A stretch of 64,000 bases of DNA from an uncultured Methanomicrobiales archaeon (GCA_963758915.1 CAVWXH010000010.1:96001-160000), one strand, 5' to 3'; positions 21,257 to 31,975 are shown, counted from the stretch's first letter. A program made the numbers and translations. The notes: generated by a model from the sequence alone, not told the origin.

Positions 21257-21513
21257 TGCTTTGTTGAAACCCTTCGGTGTCATAATATAAGAGGGAACTA
21301 CGAAGACAAGGGGGGGTTTCACCCCCCTGCCCCACACCTATTAAGATATTCTTCGGGCAGGGTTTCGGCGCAGGCTCATTAAATTCAGAGTATTGGGGGA
21401 TAGTCTCTATCCCGACCGGTGCGCCACAGCGGCGGGCCATGAGCCCCGGGAGCGTAGATAAATTTCAGAATAATCAGGATTCCGGGTGCCTATTATAGCT
21501 TTTCAACAGAGCG
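21257..21513. mobile_element. MITE-like element, copy 2
   Basis: TIRs GCTTTGTTGAAA ... TTTCAACAGAGC; shares ATTAAGATATTCTTCGGGCAGGGTTTC and GGGGGATAGTCTCTATCCC core with 5748-6095. Confidence 0.7.
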
Positions 21514-21919
21514 GTTTTAAGAAATCTTTTCCTGGTTTACCTGTTCTGATTGAGTAGTAATGGTTGCAGGGTTGAACGGGGGCCCCCTCGCGTGTGGGCT
21601 TCGTCTTATTACCTATGGTACCTACCTGCTCTGTGCCCTGCTCCTCCATGCGTACGAGGCAATGGATGTCGTGGAAATCAGGGCGCGAGCCACAAAACGC
21701 GTCATTACTACTGCATTTTTTGTTGCAGCGCTCTGTATCTTCGGACCTCCCGCTCTCGCCGGGAGTCATGCAGCACCGTTCTGATCCGGGACTACTTGAG
21801 CGATTGTTTTTCCGGGCTACGGTAACCCGGGCAATACCCCCTGGAAGGCCTTGGCGGCAGGGCTCAAAATACTGTGAATTCAAGCGGATAATGAAAAAAA
21901 GGCCATAATTAGTAATAAA

Positions 21920-21992
21920 GGCCAGGGCCGAGACTCGAACCCGGGTCGGGGGATCCACAGTCCCCTAGGATAACCAACTACCCCACCCTGGC
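21920..21992 (-). tRNA. tRNA-His(GUG)
   Basis: Reverse complement GCCAGGGTGGGGTAGTTGGTTATCCTA-GGGGA-CTGTGGA-TCCCC...GGTTCGAGT...CCCTGGCC. Confidence 0.93.
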
Positions 21993-22366
21993 AAAATATC
22001 CCTCTTACTTTTATGATTGAATATACTTAAGCTAACTGCTTGAGACTCAGGCTTCCCGGATCCAAAAGCTTGTGAATTGCCGGTAATCGCAAGTAGCGGA
22101 TGCCCGGTGACGCTGCACCTGATCTGTTTTCTGCTCCTTGTCCTTTCAATAGTGTCCCTGACATGGCAATAAACGCAACAACCGCCCGGATGCGATAAAA
22201 GAGACTATTTAATAATCACTATGCGCTATTACATAGCAGTGAGTGATGAATTGTTGTCTACCTGATGAATAGGCCGGGAGATCGCGGAAATCCGCGGATT
22301 TTTCCCGGATAGTTATCAGGGCCCTGCTCTCAACACTTCCATATCCTCCTGGCAATTGCTTCAGGG

Positions 22367-24154
22367 GTGGTGAATACGGCAACACATCAGAAGATCCGGA
22401 CGCCTATTGTTTGCGTGCTCGGGCATGTCGACCACGGGAAAACGTCCCTGCTCGACAGGATACGGGGCTCATCAGTAGTGAAATCAGAAGTGGGTGCGAT
22501 TACCCAGCATATTGGTGCAACGATGGTCCCGATAGATGCCATCAGGCTGATGAGCGGAGCAATGGGTAAGCTCTCAACCAATGTCCCGGGCCTCCTCTTT
22601 ATCGATACGCCCGGGCACCAGGCATTTACCACCCTGCGCGCCAGGGGCGGGGCACTGGCTGATATGGCAATCGTCGTCGTCGATATCAACCAGGGTTTCC
22701 AGCCACAGACAATCGAGGCGTTGCAGATCCTCCGTGCCTGCAAGACCCCGTTTGTCCTTGCGGCTACCAAGATGGACAAACTGCATGGCTGGAGACCAAA
22801 CCCGGGTGATCCATTTTCCACTACCTTCTCAAAACAGAATGACCGTGTGAAGGAGTTCCTCGAGAAAAAGATCTACGAAATTGTCGGCGAGTTATCTGAT
22901 CTCGATTTCTCCGCTGAGCGGTTTGACCGGGTGAATGATTTCCAGAGGAACCTGGCAATTGTCCCTGTCAGTGCACATACCGGTGAGGGGATCGCCGAAC
23001 TGCTGATGGTGATGATCGGGCTTGCCCAGCGGTACATGGAAGACTCCCTTGCACTGCTTGTAGATGGTCCTGGGAAAGGCACCGTGCTTGAAGTCAAGGA
23101 AGAGCGGGGCCTTGGGACAACCCTTGATGTAATCCTGTATGATGGCACGTTATCGGTAGGTGACGAGATTGCCGCTGCCACGCAGGACGGCCCGATCATC
23201 ACAAAAGTACGTTCGCTCCTTAAGCCGCGGCCGATGAAGGAGATCCTTGTAGAAGACCGCTTTGAACGTGTCAAGTCAGTCACTGCTGCGGTAGGGATCA
23301 AGCTGACGGCGCCTGACCTCGAGGAAGTAATAGCCGGCTCACCAATCCGTGTCATCCGGGGAGACCCTGCAGAAGCGATGGAAGAGATCCGGCGTGAGAT
23401 GGAGGATATCCACGTAGAGCTCAGCCCGGAAGGACTCGTTATCAAGGCAGATACCATCGGGGCCCTCGAGGCGATCTGCAAAGAGCTGACCGAGAAGAAT
23501 ATCGACGTAATGAAGGCCAGTGTCGGCCCGGTCAGCCGTCACGACATCATCGAGACCGGCACGATAAAAAACCCCTATTATCGTGTTTTATTAAGTTTCA
23601 ATACTGCAATCCTTCCCGATGCGGGAGAGATGATAAAGGATCCCGTGTATGCCCATATACGGGTTTTTTCCGGGCGCGTGATTTACCAGCTCGTGGACGA
23701 TTACGTTGCATGGCGCGATGATGTAAAACGGAAAATGGAAAAACAGCGGTTCGAACAGATCGTGATGCCGGCGAAGATCCGGGTCCTCCCGAATTGTATC
23801 TTCCGCCAGAGTAACCCGGCCGTGGTGGGTGTCCGGGTCCTTGGCGGCGCACTCCGGACTGATGTGAACCTTGTCCAGCGTGACGGCAGGAAGGTTGGTC
23901 ATCTCAAGTCCATCCAGTATAACCAGGAGGCGATCAGGGAAGCCGAAGCAGGAAAGGAGGTCGCGATCTCGATTGAAGGTGCGACGGTCGGGCGACAACT
24001 GGATGTCGATGACGACCTGTATGTCGATATCCCGGAACGCCACGTAAAAGTCCTGGAGCGCGAAATGCTTTCCCATCTCCCGATCCCGACACAGGAAGTG
24101 CTCGGGGAGTTCACCTCGATGAAACGACGGGCAGAACCCTTCTGGGGAAAGTAG
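22367..24154 (+). CDS. infB: Translation initiation factor aIF5B (IF-2)
   Basis: IRTPIVCVLGHVDHGKTSLLD, DTPGH, KADTIGALEA. Confidence 0.97.
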   Translation: MVNTATHQKIRTPIVCVLGHVDHGKTSLLDRIRGSSVVKSEVGAITQHIGATMVPIDAIRLMSGAMGKLSTNVPGLLFIDTPGHQAFTTLRARGGALADMAIVVVDINQGFQPQTIEALQILRACKTPFVLAATKMDKLHGWRPNPGDPFSTTFSKQNDRVKEFLEKKIYEIVGELSDLDFSAERFDRVNDFQRNLAIVPVSAHTGEGIAELLMVMIGLAQRYMEDSLALLVDGPGKGTVLEVKEERGLGTTLDVILYDGTLSVGDEIAAATQDGPIITKVRSLLKPRPMKEILVEDRFERVKSVTAAVGIKLTAPDLEEVIAGSPIRVIRGDPAEAMEEIRREMEDIHVELSPEGLVIKADTIGALEAICKELTEKNIDVMKASVGPVSRHDIIETGTIKNPYYRVLLSFNTAILPDAGEMIKDPVYAHIRVFSGRVIYQLVDDYVAWRDDVKRKMEKQRFEQIVMPAKIRVLPNCIFRQSNPAVVGVRVLGGALRTDVNLVQRDGRKVGHLKSIQYNQEAIREAEAGKEVAISIEGATVGRQLDVDDDLYVDIPERHVKVLEREMLSHLPIPTQEVLGEFTSMKRRAEPFWGK

Positions 24155-24330
24155 TATTTAATAGCACATTCGCCCAATGTAATTGGTACTTCCCGGATGG
24201 TTCCGCACGGGCGGGCCGTCACAGAATTCAGGATTTTCACCCCTGGTGTGGTCCTGTATCCATCTACAGGGCAGCAAACGGGATTGCGGTATCCCCCTGA
24301 TCAGGATAAAAATAACCGGAGAATGAGATA

Positions 24331-24735
24331 ATGGTTGAATTTAAAATAGTCTTATCAGACCCTAAAAACGGACAGTCCCACAAAGTCGATGTAAGCGGCG
24401 GCGCGGCAGCATTCCTAATGGGCAAACATGTCGGTGACGAAGTTGATGCCACATCCCTCGGCATTGCCGGGTACAGGATCAAGATCACCGGTGCATCCGA
24501 CAGGAACGGTACTCCTGCAAAGCAGAACCTCCCGTTTGCGGGACGCAGGAAACTGCTGCTTTCAGGCGGTGTAGGTTTCCACCCGGTCATGGATGGCGAA
24601 CGCCGCCGGAAACCAGTCCGCGGGAATGAAATTACCGCAGATTTTGTCCAGATAAATGCAAAGGTCACCACATACGGTGAAAAAGCCCTTGAGGAGCTCT
24701 TCCCGAAGGCCGCGCCCGCCGAAAAGGCAGCATAA
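24331..24735 (+). CDS. rps6e: 30S ribosomal protein S6e
   Basis: FKIVLSDP, ITGASDRNGTP, GERRRKPVRGN. Confidence 0.97.
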   Translation: MVEFKIVLSDPKNGQSHKVDVSGGAAAFLMGKHVGDEVDATSLGIAGYRIKITGASDRNGTPAKQNLPFAGRRKLLLSGGVGFHPVMDGERRRKPVRGNEITADFVQINAKVTTYGEKALEELFPKAAPAEKAA

Positions 24736-24736
24736 A

Positions 24737-25201
24737 TCAATACTTTTTTAACAGGTTTTCTTTCAGGGCAACAATATGTTCCCCAACAGGGACGCCGTAG
24801 CGCTTTGCAAGAATGATTACGGCAGCTTCAGGCCTGAGAAGGTCGTCAAAATCCTTGGATTTCATGCGGTTCATCTCTGCAACAATCTCGGTCTCCTGCC
24901 TGCCGCTTGATTTTACCACTATGTCGATCAGCGACTGTACGGGATCATTTAATTCAAAAACCGACTGGGACGGTTTGAAGCCAATAGGGACTTCCACAGA
25001 ACTGATATCAAATTTCGGTGCGAGCATTTCCCCGTCATATCCGATGAGCCCCTCGTCCAGCGCACGTTTCAGGATGACATTGGCCTGCTCTATACTCATC
25101 CATTTTCTGTCAAATGCGAGGTAGTATACGACCTCATTTTTCTTAAGCCGGTCTTTCCTCGTATGGCGGAATGGTGCAGCTATCGTTGTGATCAGGCTCA
25201 A
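24737..25201 (-). CDS. DUF2240 family protein
   Basis: IAAPF...LAFDRKWMS...PIGFKP. Confidence 0.85.
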   Translation of the reverse strand: MSLITTIAAPFRHTRKDRLKKNEVVYYLAFDRKWMSIEQANVILKRALDEGLIGYDGEMLAPKFDISSVEVPIGFKPSQSVFELNDPVQSLIDIVVKSSGRQETEIVAEMNRMKSKDFDDLLRPEAAVIILAKRYGVPVGEHIVALKENLLKKY

Positions 25202-25471
25202 TACCCGGTCCCCCTTGTGAGGATTTCATCCCTTCGTATCAATACGTGCCAGACTGCCATGTTGTCCCTTGTAGTATTCTGCGAAGGGCTGCTATCAATT
25301 CATTGGTGCCTGTGTGCCTTCCGGAGTACCTGCCGTTACCAGACAACTGGCATTTCCCCATCCATGACGTACCGTAACATGGTACCAGAAAAATTGCCAT
25401 GGCCGGATATGCAGTAGGATCCTAACACCAACCCGGCACGCCGGGATTTCGTAAAAACCGGAAAAATAGAT

Positions 25472-25849
25472 TTATTCGATCAGAATGGCGTTTATTACAC
25501 CGTTCTGGCCGGGGCGGCTTATAATCCGTGCGCTACCGAGTTCGGTATGAATAATTGCGCCCTTGGTAAGGAGATTTCGCCGTACATAGTTGGGGTTTGC
25601 CCCGTTCTTCTCTACCTTTTCGATCTTGACTTTCTGTGCCTTTCCGGTTGAACGAGTGGATACGGTTGCAAAGGTTGCTTTTAATGCACGAATCTTCTGG
25701 TTCCCGCCAAATGTGCGGACCAGCCTGATCCTGTCTATGCCAATATGGGTATCTGCGGGTCCTGAACCGATCTCTGCTCTTCGTTTTCCCTGTGCAGGCC
25801 GGTATCTTCCACCGGTTGCCTGCCTGACTGATCTACCTTGCCAAAGCAT
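25472..25849 (-). CDS. rps8e: 30S ribosomal protein S8e
   Basis: WQGRS..TGGR, NPNYVRRNLLTKGAII, SRPGQNG. Confidence 0.97.
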   Translation of the reverse strand: MLWQGRSVRQATGGRYRPAQGKRRAEIGSGPADTHIGIDRIRLVRTFGGNQKIRALKATFATVSTRSTGKAQKVKIEKVEKNGANPNYVRRNLLTKGAIIHTELGSARIISRPGQNGVINAILIE

Positions 25850-25940
25850 TGTAATTGCCCCTTTTATGATATCATCGCCGGAATCCTTCCCTGCGATAGT
25901 GCTCTAAATATTGCCTCCTGTTCTATATATGTTGAACGGA

Positions 25941-26588
25941 TCACCGGAGTATGGCATCGAGGAGGGGTGCGACACCGTCCCCGGTCTTTAAATTAGTACG
26001 GAACACCTGCATCCCGGGGTTGTACCGGTGCATGTCCCGCTCCATCCGGTCGAGATCCGCCCCTACCAGTGGCGCAAGGTCTACCTTGTTGATCACACCG
26101 ATCTGGCAGCCGCGGAACATCATCGGGTGCTTGTTGACCACGTCGTCACCTTCTGTTGAACTCACGACCACGATGCGTTTCTCGGCACCAAGCCGGAAAT
26201 CCGTGGGGCAGACCATGTTTCCCACGTTTTCGATAAAGAGCACGTCGATCTGCCCGAGGGGCAGGTGGTCAATGGCGTGCTCGACGATGTGGGCATCCAG
26301 GTGGCATTCCTTGCCGGTGTTCGCGTTCACCGCCGGGATCCCCAGGGCCACGATTCTCTTGAAATCATCGTCACCGTAGACATCGCCCGCAATAGCGCCT
26401 GCTTTTAACCCCTTTTCCGACAGGAGGGGGGCCATCCGTTCGATCAGGGCCGTCTTGCCGGACCCGATCGCCCCGAGCAGGTCAAAGGCCCGGACCCCGT
26501 GCTCCCTGAGATGGGATGAGTTAGCGTCGGCAATACTATTATTGACGTCGTATACATCTTTTTCAATTCTGACGTCGATATGGTGCAT
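25941..26588 (-). CDS. hypB: Hydrogenase nickel-incorporation GTPase HypB
   Basis: GAIGSGKT, CHLDA, ENVGNMVCP, TEGDD, NKVDLA. Confidence 0.96.
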   Translation of the reverse strand: MHHIDVRIEKDVYDVNNSIADANSSHLREHGVRAFDLLGAIGSGKTALIERMAPLLSEKGLKAGAIAGDVYGDDDFKRIVALGIPAVNANTGKECHLDAHIVEHAIDHLPLGQIDVLFIENVGNMVCPTDFRLGAEKRIVVVSSTEGDDVVNKHPMMFRGCQIGVINKVDLAPLVGADLDRMERDMHRYNPGMQVFRTNLKTGDGVAPLLDAILR

Positions 26589-26644
26589 GAGTAGTATGTT
26601 TCCCCCGACATTGTTTATAGGTTCACTCCCAAACATATGAAATC

Positions 26645-26917
26645 ATGAAAGGAGTGTGCATTCTCTATCCCTGCTATTTCAACGCAAGCCTGAAGCGCGA
26701 ACAGGGGAGGAAAGTGCCTCTGTCAAAGGCGGTAAAAAACCCCACACTGGCTGACATCGAGAACTCACTGAAAAAAAGCGGTGTGAAATATCTTGCCGAA
26801 CAGAAGCATCACCCCTGTCACTGGGCCAAGCGGGAAGGGCGTATTGTGGTCACGTGGGATAAATCAAAACCGGAACTGCTGAAGCGTGTATGTGCAAAAC
26901 TTGAGGCCAGAAAATGA
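26645..26917 (+). CDS. srp19: Signal recognition particle protein SRP19
   Basis: ILYPCYFNASLKREQGRKVP...AVKNP. Confidence 0.93.
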   Translation: MKGVCILYPCYFNASLKREQGRKVPLSKAVKNPTLADIENSLKKSGVKYLAEQKHHPCHWAKREGRIVVTWDKSKPELLKRVCAKLEARK

Positions 26918-27567
26918 CCGGTCTCTACGACCTCCACACGCACACGCTTGTGAGCGACGGAGAGATGCTGCCGGTTGAACTGATACGCCGGATGTCAGTC
27001 ATCGGGTATACGACGGTTGCAATTACTGATCATGTCGATGCTACCAATACCAGATCAGTCGTTGAAAACCTGCAGGTATTACGTACCTCTGCCGGGCATT
27101 TCGGAGTCCACCTCCTGGTCGGGGTGGAGATCACCCATGTACCCCCTGTTGAAATCCCGTCACTCGCAGAACTTGCCAAAAATTCCGGTGCAGATATCGT
27201 GCTGGTTCATGGGGAGACCCTTGTTGAACCGGTCGCACCCGGCACCAACCATGCTGCCTGTGCCTGCCCCCTGGTTGATGTGCTTGCCCATCCCGGGCTG
27301 ATCAGCGCGTCCGATGTGAAACTGGCAGTTGAAAACGGGCTTGCGCTGGAGCTGACTTCCCGGGGCGGACACAACCGTGCGAACGGTCATGTGGCAAAAC
27401 TGGCCAGGGAACACGGGTGCATGCTTGTTGTGGACTCGGATGCCCATGCCCCGCACGATCTCCTTGACGAGCGCGCACGGATTTCGATTGCAAGGGGTGC
27501 AGGACTCGATGAGCAGGAATGCAGGCAGGTAATGTCTTTAAATATCAAACAATGGTTGTCCCGGTGA
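26914..27567 (+). CDS. PHP-family phosphoesterase (histidinol-phosphatase-like)
   Basis: DLHTHT, ITDH, HGET, SDAH. Confidence 0.9.
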   Translation: MTGLYDLHTHTLVSDGEMLPVELIRRMSVIGYTTVAITDHVDATNTRSVVENLQVLRTSAGHFGVHLLVGVEITHVPPVEIPSLAELAKNSGADIVLVHGETLVEPVAPGTNHAACACPLVDVLAHPGLISASDVKLAVENGLALELTSRGGHNRANGHVAKLAREHGCMLVVDSDAHAPHDLLDERARISIARGAGLDEQECRQVMSLNIKQWLSR

Positions 27568-27692
27568 ATTTCTCAATATCCATATTTAAAATTTCACAAC
27601 AGCCTTTTATACTACGACTATCAATATATATAGATTGCTAAATCATTCAGCTGTACAAGTCAGCTGCCCGGCATTCTATCGAGGTAACTTCT

Positions 27693-27917
27693 GTGAGAGC
27701 AATTGGTCGCGCTCTGAATAGATATGGCAGGCGTATGCTGATCGTGCAATGTGATGCTGCACAACTCCCCCGTTTATACAGCGAGGTTATTGACAGGCGG
27801 ATGAAACCCGTAGGGAAGATTATGGACGTCTTTGGAAAGGTCTCGTCCCCTTACGCGGTTGTCCTCTGTCGTAACCCGTGTGAGACGGTGGCTGGTGAGA
27901 AGTTATATTCGAAGTAG
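27693..27917 (+). CDS. gar1: H/ACA RNP protein Gar1
   Basis: VGKIMDVFGKVSSPY; conserved position upstream of tfb. Confidence 0.85.
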   Translation: MRAIGRALNRYGRRMLIVQCDAAQLPRLYSEVIDRRMKPVGKIMDVFGKVSSPYAVVLCRNPCETVAGEKLYSK

Positions 27918-27932
27918 AACAGGTGAGGCAGT

Positions 27933-28943
27933 ATGCAGGAAGTAGAAAAATTAAAAATTCTCCAGAACGAGAGGGAAGCCCTCAAAAATCGTGTCAAGGA
28001 ACGTGTGAAAGAGCACGAAAAGAAGGCTGAGGACCACACCGAGACGGTATGTCCCGAATGTGGCAGCCGGCAGCTGGTACACGACTATGAACGTGCCGAA
28101 CTGGTATGCCAGAACTGCGGTCTTGTAATCGATGATGATTTCATTGACCGTGGACCTGAATGGCGTGCATTCGACCACGACCAGCGGATGAAGAGGTCCA
28201 GGGTAGGTGCACCGATGACCTTTACGATCCACGACAAGGGCCTCTCAACGATGATTGACTGGAGGAACCGTGACAGTTACGGGCGTGCGATCTCATCCAA
28301 GAACCGTGCCCAGCTGTACCGCCTCCGGAAGTGGCAGCGCCGGATACGTGTATCAAATGCAACCGAAAGAAACCTCGCCTTTGCACTATCAGAACTTGAC
28401 CGGATGGCTTCGGCACTCGGTCTTCCGAGAAACGTGCGTGAGACCGCAGCAGTCGTATACCGTGACGCGGTAGACAAGAACCTTATCCGCGGAAGAAGTA
28501 TCGAAGGTGTGGCAGCAGCAGCCCTCTATGCGGCATGCAGGCAGTGCAATGTCCCAAGGACGCTGGATGAGATCGCCGAAGTGTCCCGTGTGTCAAGGAA
28601 AGAGATCGGTCGTACCTACCGGTTCATCTCCCGTGAACTCGGGTTGAAACTTCTCCCCACCTCACCGATTGATTACGTTCCCAGGTTCTGCTCAGGTCTC
28701 TCCCTGAAAGGTGAAGTGCAGAGCCGTGCGGTCGAGATCCTGAGGCAGGCAGGCGAACGCGAACTTACAAGCGGGCGCGGCCCGACCGGGGTTGCGGCAG
28801 CTGCAATCTACATTTCATCAATTCTCGGTGGAGAGCGGCGGACCCAGCGGGAAGTCGCAGAGGTCGCAGGCGTGACTGAGGTCACAATCAGGAACAGATA
28901 TAAGGAACTGGCAGAAAAGTTAGATATCGAAATTATTCTTTAA
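27933..28943 (+). CDS. tfb: Transcription initiation factor TFB
   Basis: Zn ribbon CPECG...CQNCG, GPEWRAF, two cyclin repeats. Confidence 0.98.
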   Translation: MQEVEKLKILQNEREALKNRVKERVKEHEKKAEDHTETVCPECGSRQLVHDYERAELVCQNCGLVIDDDFIDRGPEWRAFDHDQRMKRSRVGAPMTFTIHDKGLSTMIDWRNRDSYGRAISSKNRAQLYRLRKWQRRIRVSNATERNLAFALSELDRMASALGLPRNVRETAAVVYRDAVDKNLIRGRSIEGVAAAALYAACRQCNVPRTLDEIAEVSRVSRKEIGRTYRFISRELGLKLLPTSPIDYVPRFCSGLSLKGEVQSRAVEILRQAGERELTSGRGPTGVAAAAIYISSILGGERRTQREVAEVAGVTEVTIRNRYKELAEKLDIEIIL

Positions 28944-28963
28944 TAACCATTTTTTTAAAGGGT

Positions 28964-29035
28964 GGGCTTGTAGATCAGGGGTAGATCGTTACGTTCGCAA
29001 CGTAAAGGCCGCGGGTTCAAATCCCGCCAAGTCCA
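28964..29035 (+). tRNA. tRNA-Ala(CGC)
   Basis: GGGCTTG acceptor with G3:U70, TTACG-TTCGCAA-CGTAA anticodon arm. Confidence 0.93.
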
Positions 29036-29107
29036 TGTTCCGTTCACATCAACAAAGATATCTGGTTTTTTGGAGTGGGGCAGTAAACCGCCCGGATAGA
29101 AATAATA

Positions 29108-29293
29108 TTATTTTTTCTTTGACATCTCGCTGACTTCATTTTCGAGCGTTTCTTTGAGCCGTGAAAGGGCCTCCCCCGCATCACTGGTGGTCGTGACCAT
29201 GAACTGGTTGTCAGTTTTGATGTCCTGGTAGGTCACTACATAATCAATCTGCCCGTCCTGTCCGCGTTTTGGCTCAATAATTATTTTTGCCAT
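29108..29293 (-). CDS. Small hypothetical protein
   Basis: 61-aa ORF between the tRNAs, protein-like composition. Confidence 0.55.
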   Translation of the reverse strand: MAKIIIEPKRGQDGQIDYVVTYQDIKTDNQFMVTTTSDAGEALSRLKETLENEVSEMSKKK

Positions 29294-29610
29294 TGTCTGT
29301 CACTTCCTATTCAGAACTATATTCTGGATGTTTATCATTAAGTTTTAGCTGCTGGTTCTATATGGCCTGTCCCTGCGTATGGATTGATTCCATTATCTGG
29401 TTATTTCCTGAACGTTTCGTACGTGAGCCATTTCTTTTTATAACCCGGAATTCATTCGTTCTGGATTTTATCAATTCTGATTTTTTTAGAAAATCCGGAT
29501 CTCTGGTTTTCAACCGTGTGTGCCTTTATACCAACCCGGACATTGAACCAACATGACATTCAGCAAGAGATATATGCGAACACATGGAACTAATATAGCG
29601 CAATCTGTGC

Positions 29611-29682
29611 GGGCTCGTAGATCAGGGGTAGATCGTCACGTTTGCAACGTGAAGGCCACGGGTTCAAATCCCGTCGAGTCCA
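29611..29682 (+). tRNA. tRNA-Ala(UGC)
   Basis: GGGCTCG acceptor, TCACG-TTTGCAA-CGTGA anticodon arm, GGTTCAAATCC. Confidence 0.93.
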
Positions 29683-29871
29683 TTTTTCATTTTTCAGACT
29701 CTTTTTCAGGACCGAGAGGTCATGCCGGGATCGAAGGGCAGAGCCCTCGCGTTGGTACGGGTTCAAATCCCGTCGAGTCCATTTTTCATTTTTCAGACTC
29801 TTTTTCAGGACCGAGAGGTCATGCCGGGATCGAAGGGCAGAGCCCTCGCGTTGGTACGGGTTCAAATCCCG
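29658..29871 (+). repeat. Tandem repeat, 99-bp unit x2 plus 16 bp, each unit starting with the tRNA-Ala 3' end
   Basis: ACGGGTTCAAATCCCG at 29658, 29757 and 29856; the two full units are identical. Confidence 0.95.
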
Positions 29872-29938
29872 CTCACCTGCAAACCAATTTTTCTGAATAT
29901 TCATCAGGGAGTGGGGATCCCCCTGGGTAATGACCTGT

Positions 29939-30628
29939 TTATTTTCTTTCCTCGGGCGGGGAATCTCTGGAACTATAGGTTGCCACTGTAGCATCCCCTC
30001 CCTCCTGCTGGCCTGGAAGTGCCCCTTTCGGGAACAGTTTTGCACCAATAAAAGCCCCCTGGCTCAATCCCATAAGGACAACCAGTGTAGGATCAATATC
30101 GGGAAGGTCAAGAAGCTGGGGATCTGCAATCGTTGCCGGGCTGAAAACCGTGGAAAACAGGATCACGATATAGAGGCCGATCCCAATCCACGTCCAGAGA
30201 AACATCTGGTATCGTGCCAGTGATGCCCTGCCGTTTTCCAGCAGCATCGAAGACCATTTATGCTTGTTCGGGATTTCATGGGTGGACCTGTCCTCGTGGT
30301 AGATCATACCGTTTACACCCGCGCTGACAATGGGGACGGCGGTGCTGATACCGAGCAATATCAGGATATTTGTGCTGATCGTGGACGGGGGATCATAGAG
30401 CCCTGAATAGATCCTGAGATAATATATCATCAGGTACGAAAATGCAACCACCACTGTCCATAGCAGGAACTGGAATATAGCGAGGCTCGGATAACCGGCC
30501 TCGTTTAAAATGATACTCCTGAACTTCTTATCGTTCCTGTGGAGAAGGGCCCGCACCACAAAACTGATAACGCAAACCGTGATCACCGCGTACAGCGCAG
30601 CCACCCAGATGTAACTCAACCCAGCCAT
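29939..30628 (-). CDS. Membrane protein with two internal repeats
   Basis: SLAIFQFLLWT...ILLGIS and SLARYQMFLWT...LMGLS. Confidence 0.7.
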   Translation of the reverse strand: MAGLSYIWVAALYAVITVCVISFVVRALLHRNDKKFRSIILNEAGYPSLAIFQFLLWTVVVAFSYLMIYYLRIYSGLYDPPSTISTNILILLGISTAVPIVSAGVNGMIYHEDRSTHEIPNKHKWSSMLLENGRASLARYQMFLWTWIGIGLYIVILFSTVFSPATIADPQLLDLPDIDPTLVVLMGLSQGAFIGAKLFPKGALPGQQEGGDATVATYSSRDSPPEERK

Positions 30629-30811
30629 ATACCAGCATAAAATGATGATTATATAAAATAGTTGCTATAATATGGGCCGGGTTGACAATTAAATAATCCA
30701 ACCCTCTGACTGTCCTCAACCGATATGAAATTCAACAGTTTTCGCGGGATTGTACCGGAGTTCCACCCGGTACTCAGGCCGGTCTGATAAAAAGCAACTA
30801 AAATCTGGGGA

Positions 30812-31156
30812 TCAATTAATCCAGTCAAGCAACTTGCCAGGTTCTTTTTCAACCCTGTGGGGAATGACTATCCTCTTTTCAGGCTCCCTGGGTTTCCCGA
30901 TAGTCCCCGGCCCACCATATTCCGGATAGTCCGGAAGGATATCCTGTTCCATACGGCCTGCCACAGGGCGTTCCTCTGCAAAGATCACGGGTGAGGGTTG
31001 TTTCATATCTTCCCGGATCCCGGAAAAATTCTCACTGCTCTCGTGATTACCGGTATTATAAGGGAAATTGGAATCCCTGGTAATGAGAAAGTCAATAAAA
31101 TCTTCGACCTCACGTTGCTGTTCGGGGGTCAGGCGTGATATTTTATCCTCAATCAT
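30812..31156 (-). CDS. DUF2281-like domain protein
   Basis: IEDKISRLTPEQQREVEDFIDFL. Confidence 0.7.
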   Translation of the reverse strand: MIEDKISRLTPEQQREVEDFIDFLITRDSNFPYNTGNHESSENFSGIREDMKQPSPVIFAEERPVAGRMEQDILPDYPEYGGPGTIGKPREPEKRIVIPHRVEKEPGKLLDWIN

Positions 31157-31303
31157 TTCCTTCTGGCTCCTTTCTCACTTACTCACTACAATATCTCCAC
31201 ATTTTTGCATATTAACCTGCATGGTCCAGCCTGGTCCCGATCCGTCATATATCGTGTGTATTGTGAATTACCCGGATCAGTTTGGATCGCCTGAAAAAAA
31301 GGT

Positions 31304-31975
31304 TCAGTCCTTTTTCCCCCACCTGAAAATATCCGTGATTTTAAATGACCGGAACATGTTGAGAATTATGGATGCAACTCCGATCAATGAGATTCCTATA
31401 ATGAGCATGATTACCAGGCTGAAATTGTCCTGCACGATCGCAAGGTTCCCGAACAAATAACCTGCTATTACAAATGCACATACCCACCCAACACCACCAA
31501 TTATGTTATAGGCAAGGAAGTGGCCATAATTCATACGACCAATACCCGCAAAAAATGGCGCAAAGGTCCTGACAAACGGGATAAAACGTGCAATAACGAT
31601 TGTTAACCCCCCATACTTTTCAAAGAAGAAATGGGTCTTATCAATATGTTCCTGCCTGATAATGGACAGGTTCATATCTAGAATTTTCTGTCCAAAATAA
31701 CGGCCAATCCAGTAATTCAACGTATCCCCAAGTATTCCGGCGAGAGATAGTGTAATCAGGAGTATTTCAATGTTCAGCAGATCTTTTCCTGCTAAAGCCC
31801 CTGCAACGAAGAGGAGTGAATCCCCGGGCAGGAAGGGGAAAATTACAATGCCTGTTTCAAGGAATATTATCGCAAAAAGGATCGCATATGTCCAGAACCC
31901 GTATGCGGCAATAAGGACCGGGAGGTACTGGTCGAAATTGAGGGCCAGATCTATAATAGTTGTAAGCTGATCCAT
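31304..31975 (-). CDS. DedA/VTT family membrane protein
   Basis: FLETG...FLPGDSLLF, ARFIPFVRT. Confidence 0.93.
   Translation of the reverse strand: MDQLTTIIDLALNFDQYLPVLIAAYGFWTYAILFAIIFLETGIVIFPFLPGDSLLFVAGALAGKDLLNIEILLITLSLAGILGDTLNYWIGRYFGQKILDMNLSIIRQEHIDKTHFFFEKYGGLTIVIARFIPFVRTFAPFFAGIGRMNYGHFLAYNIIGGVGWVCAFVIAGYLFGNLAIVQDNFSLVIMLIIGISLIGVASIILNMFRSFKITDIFRWGKKD

Noticed and set aside
29658-29871. CRISPR array or repeat-protein ORFs (29553-29930, 29590-30048, etc.)
   Set aside because: The units are identical with no unique spacers, and the ORFs are by-products of a 99-bp (3n) repeat overlapping a tRNA
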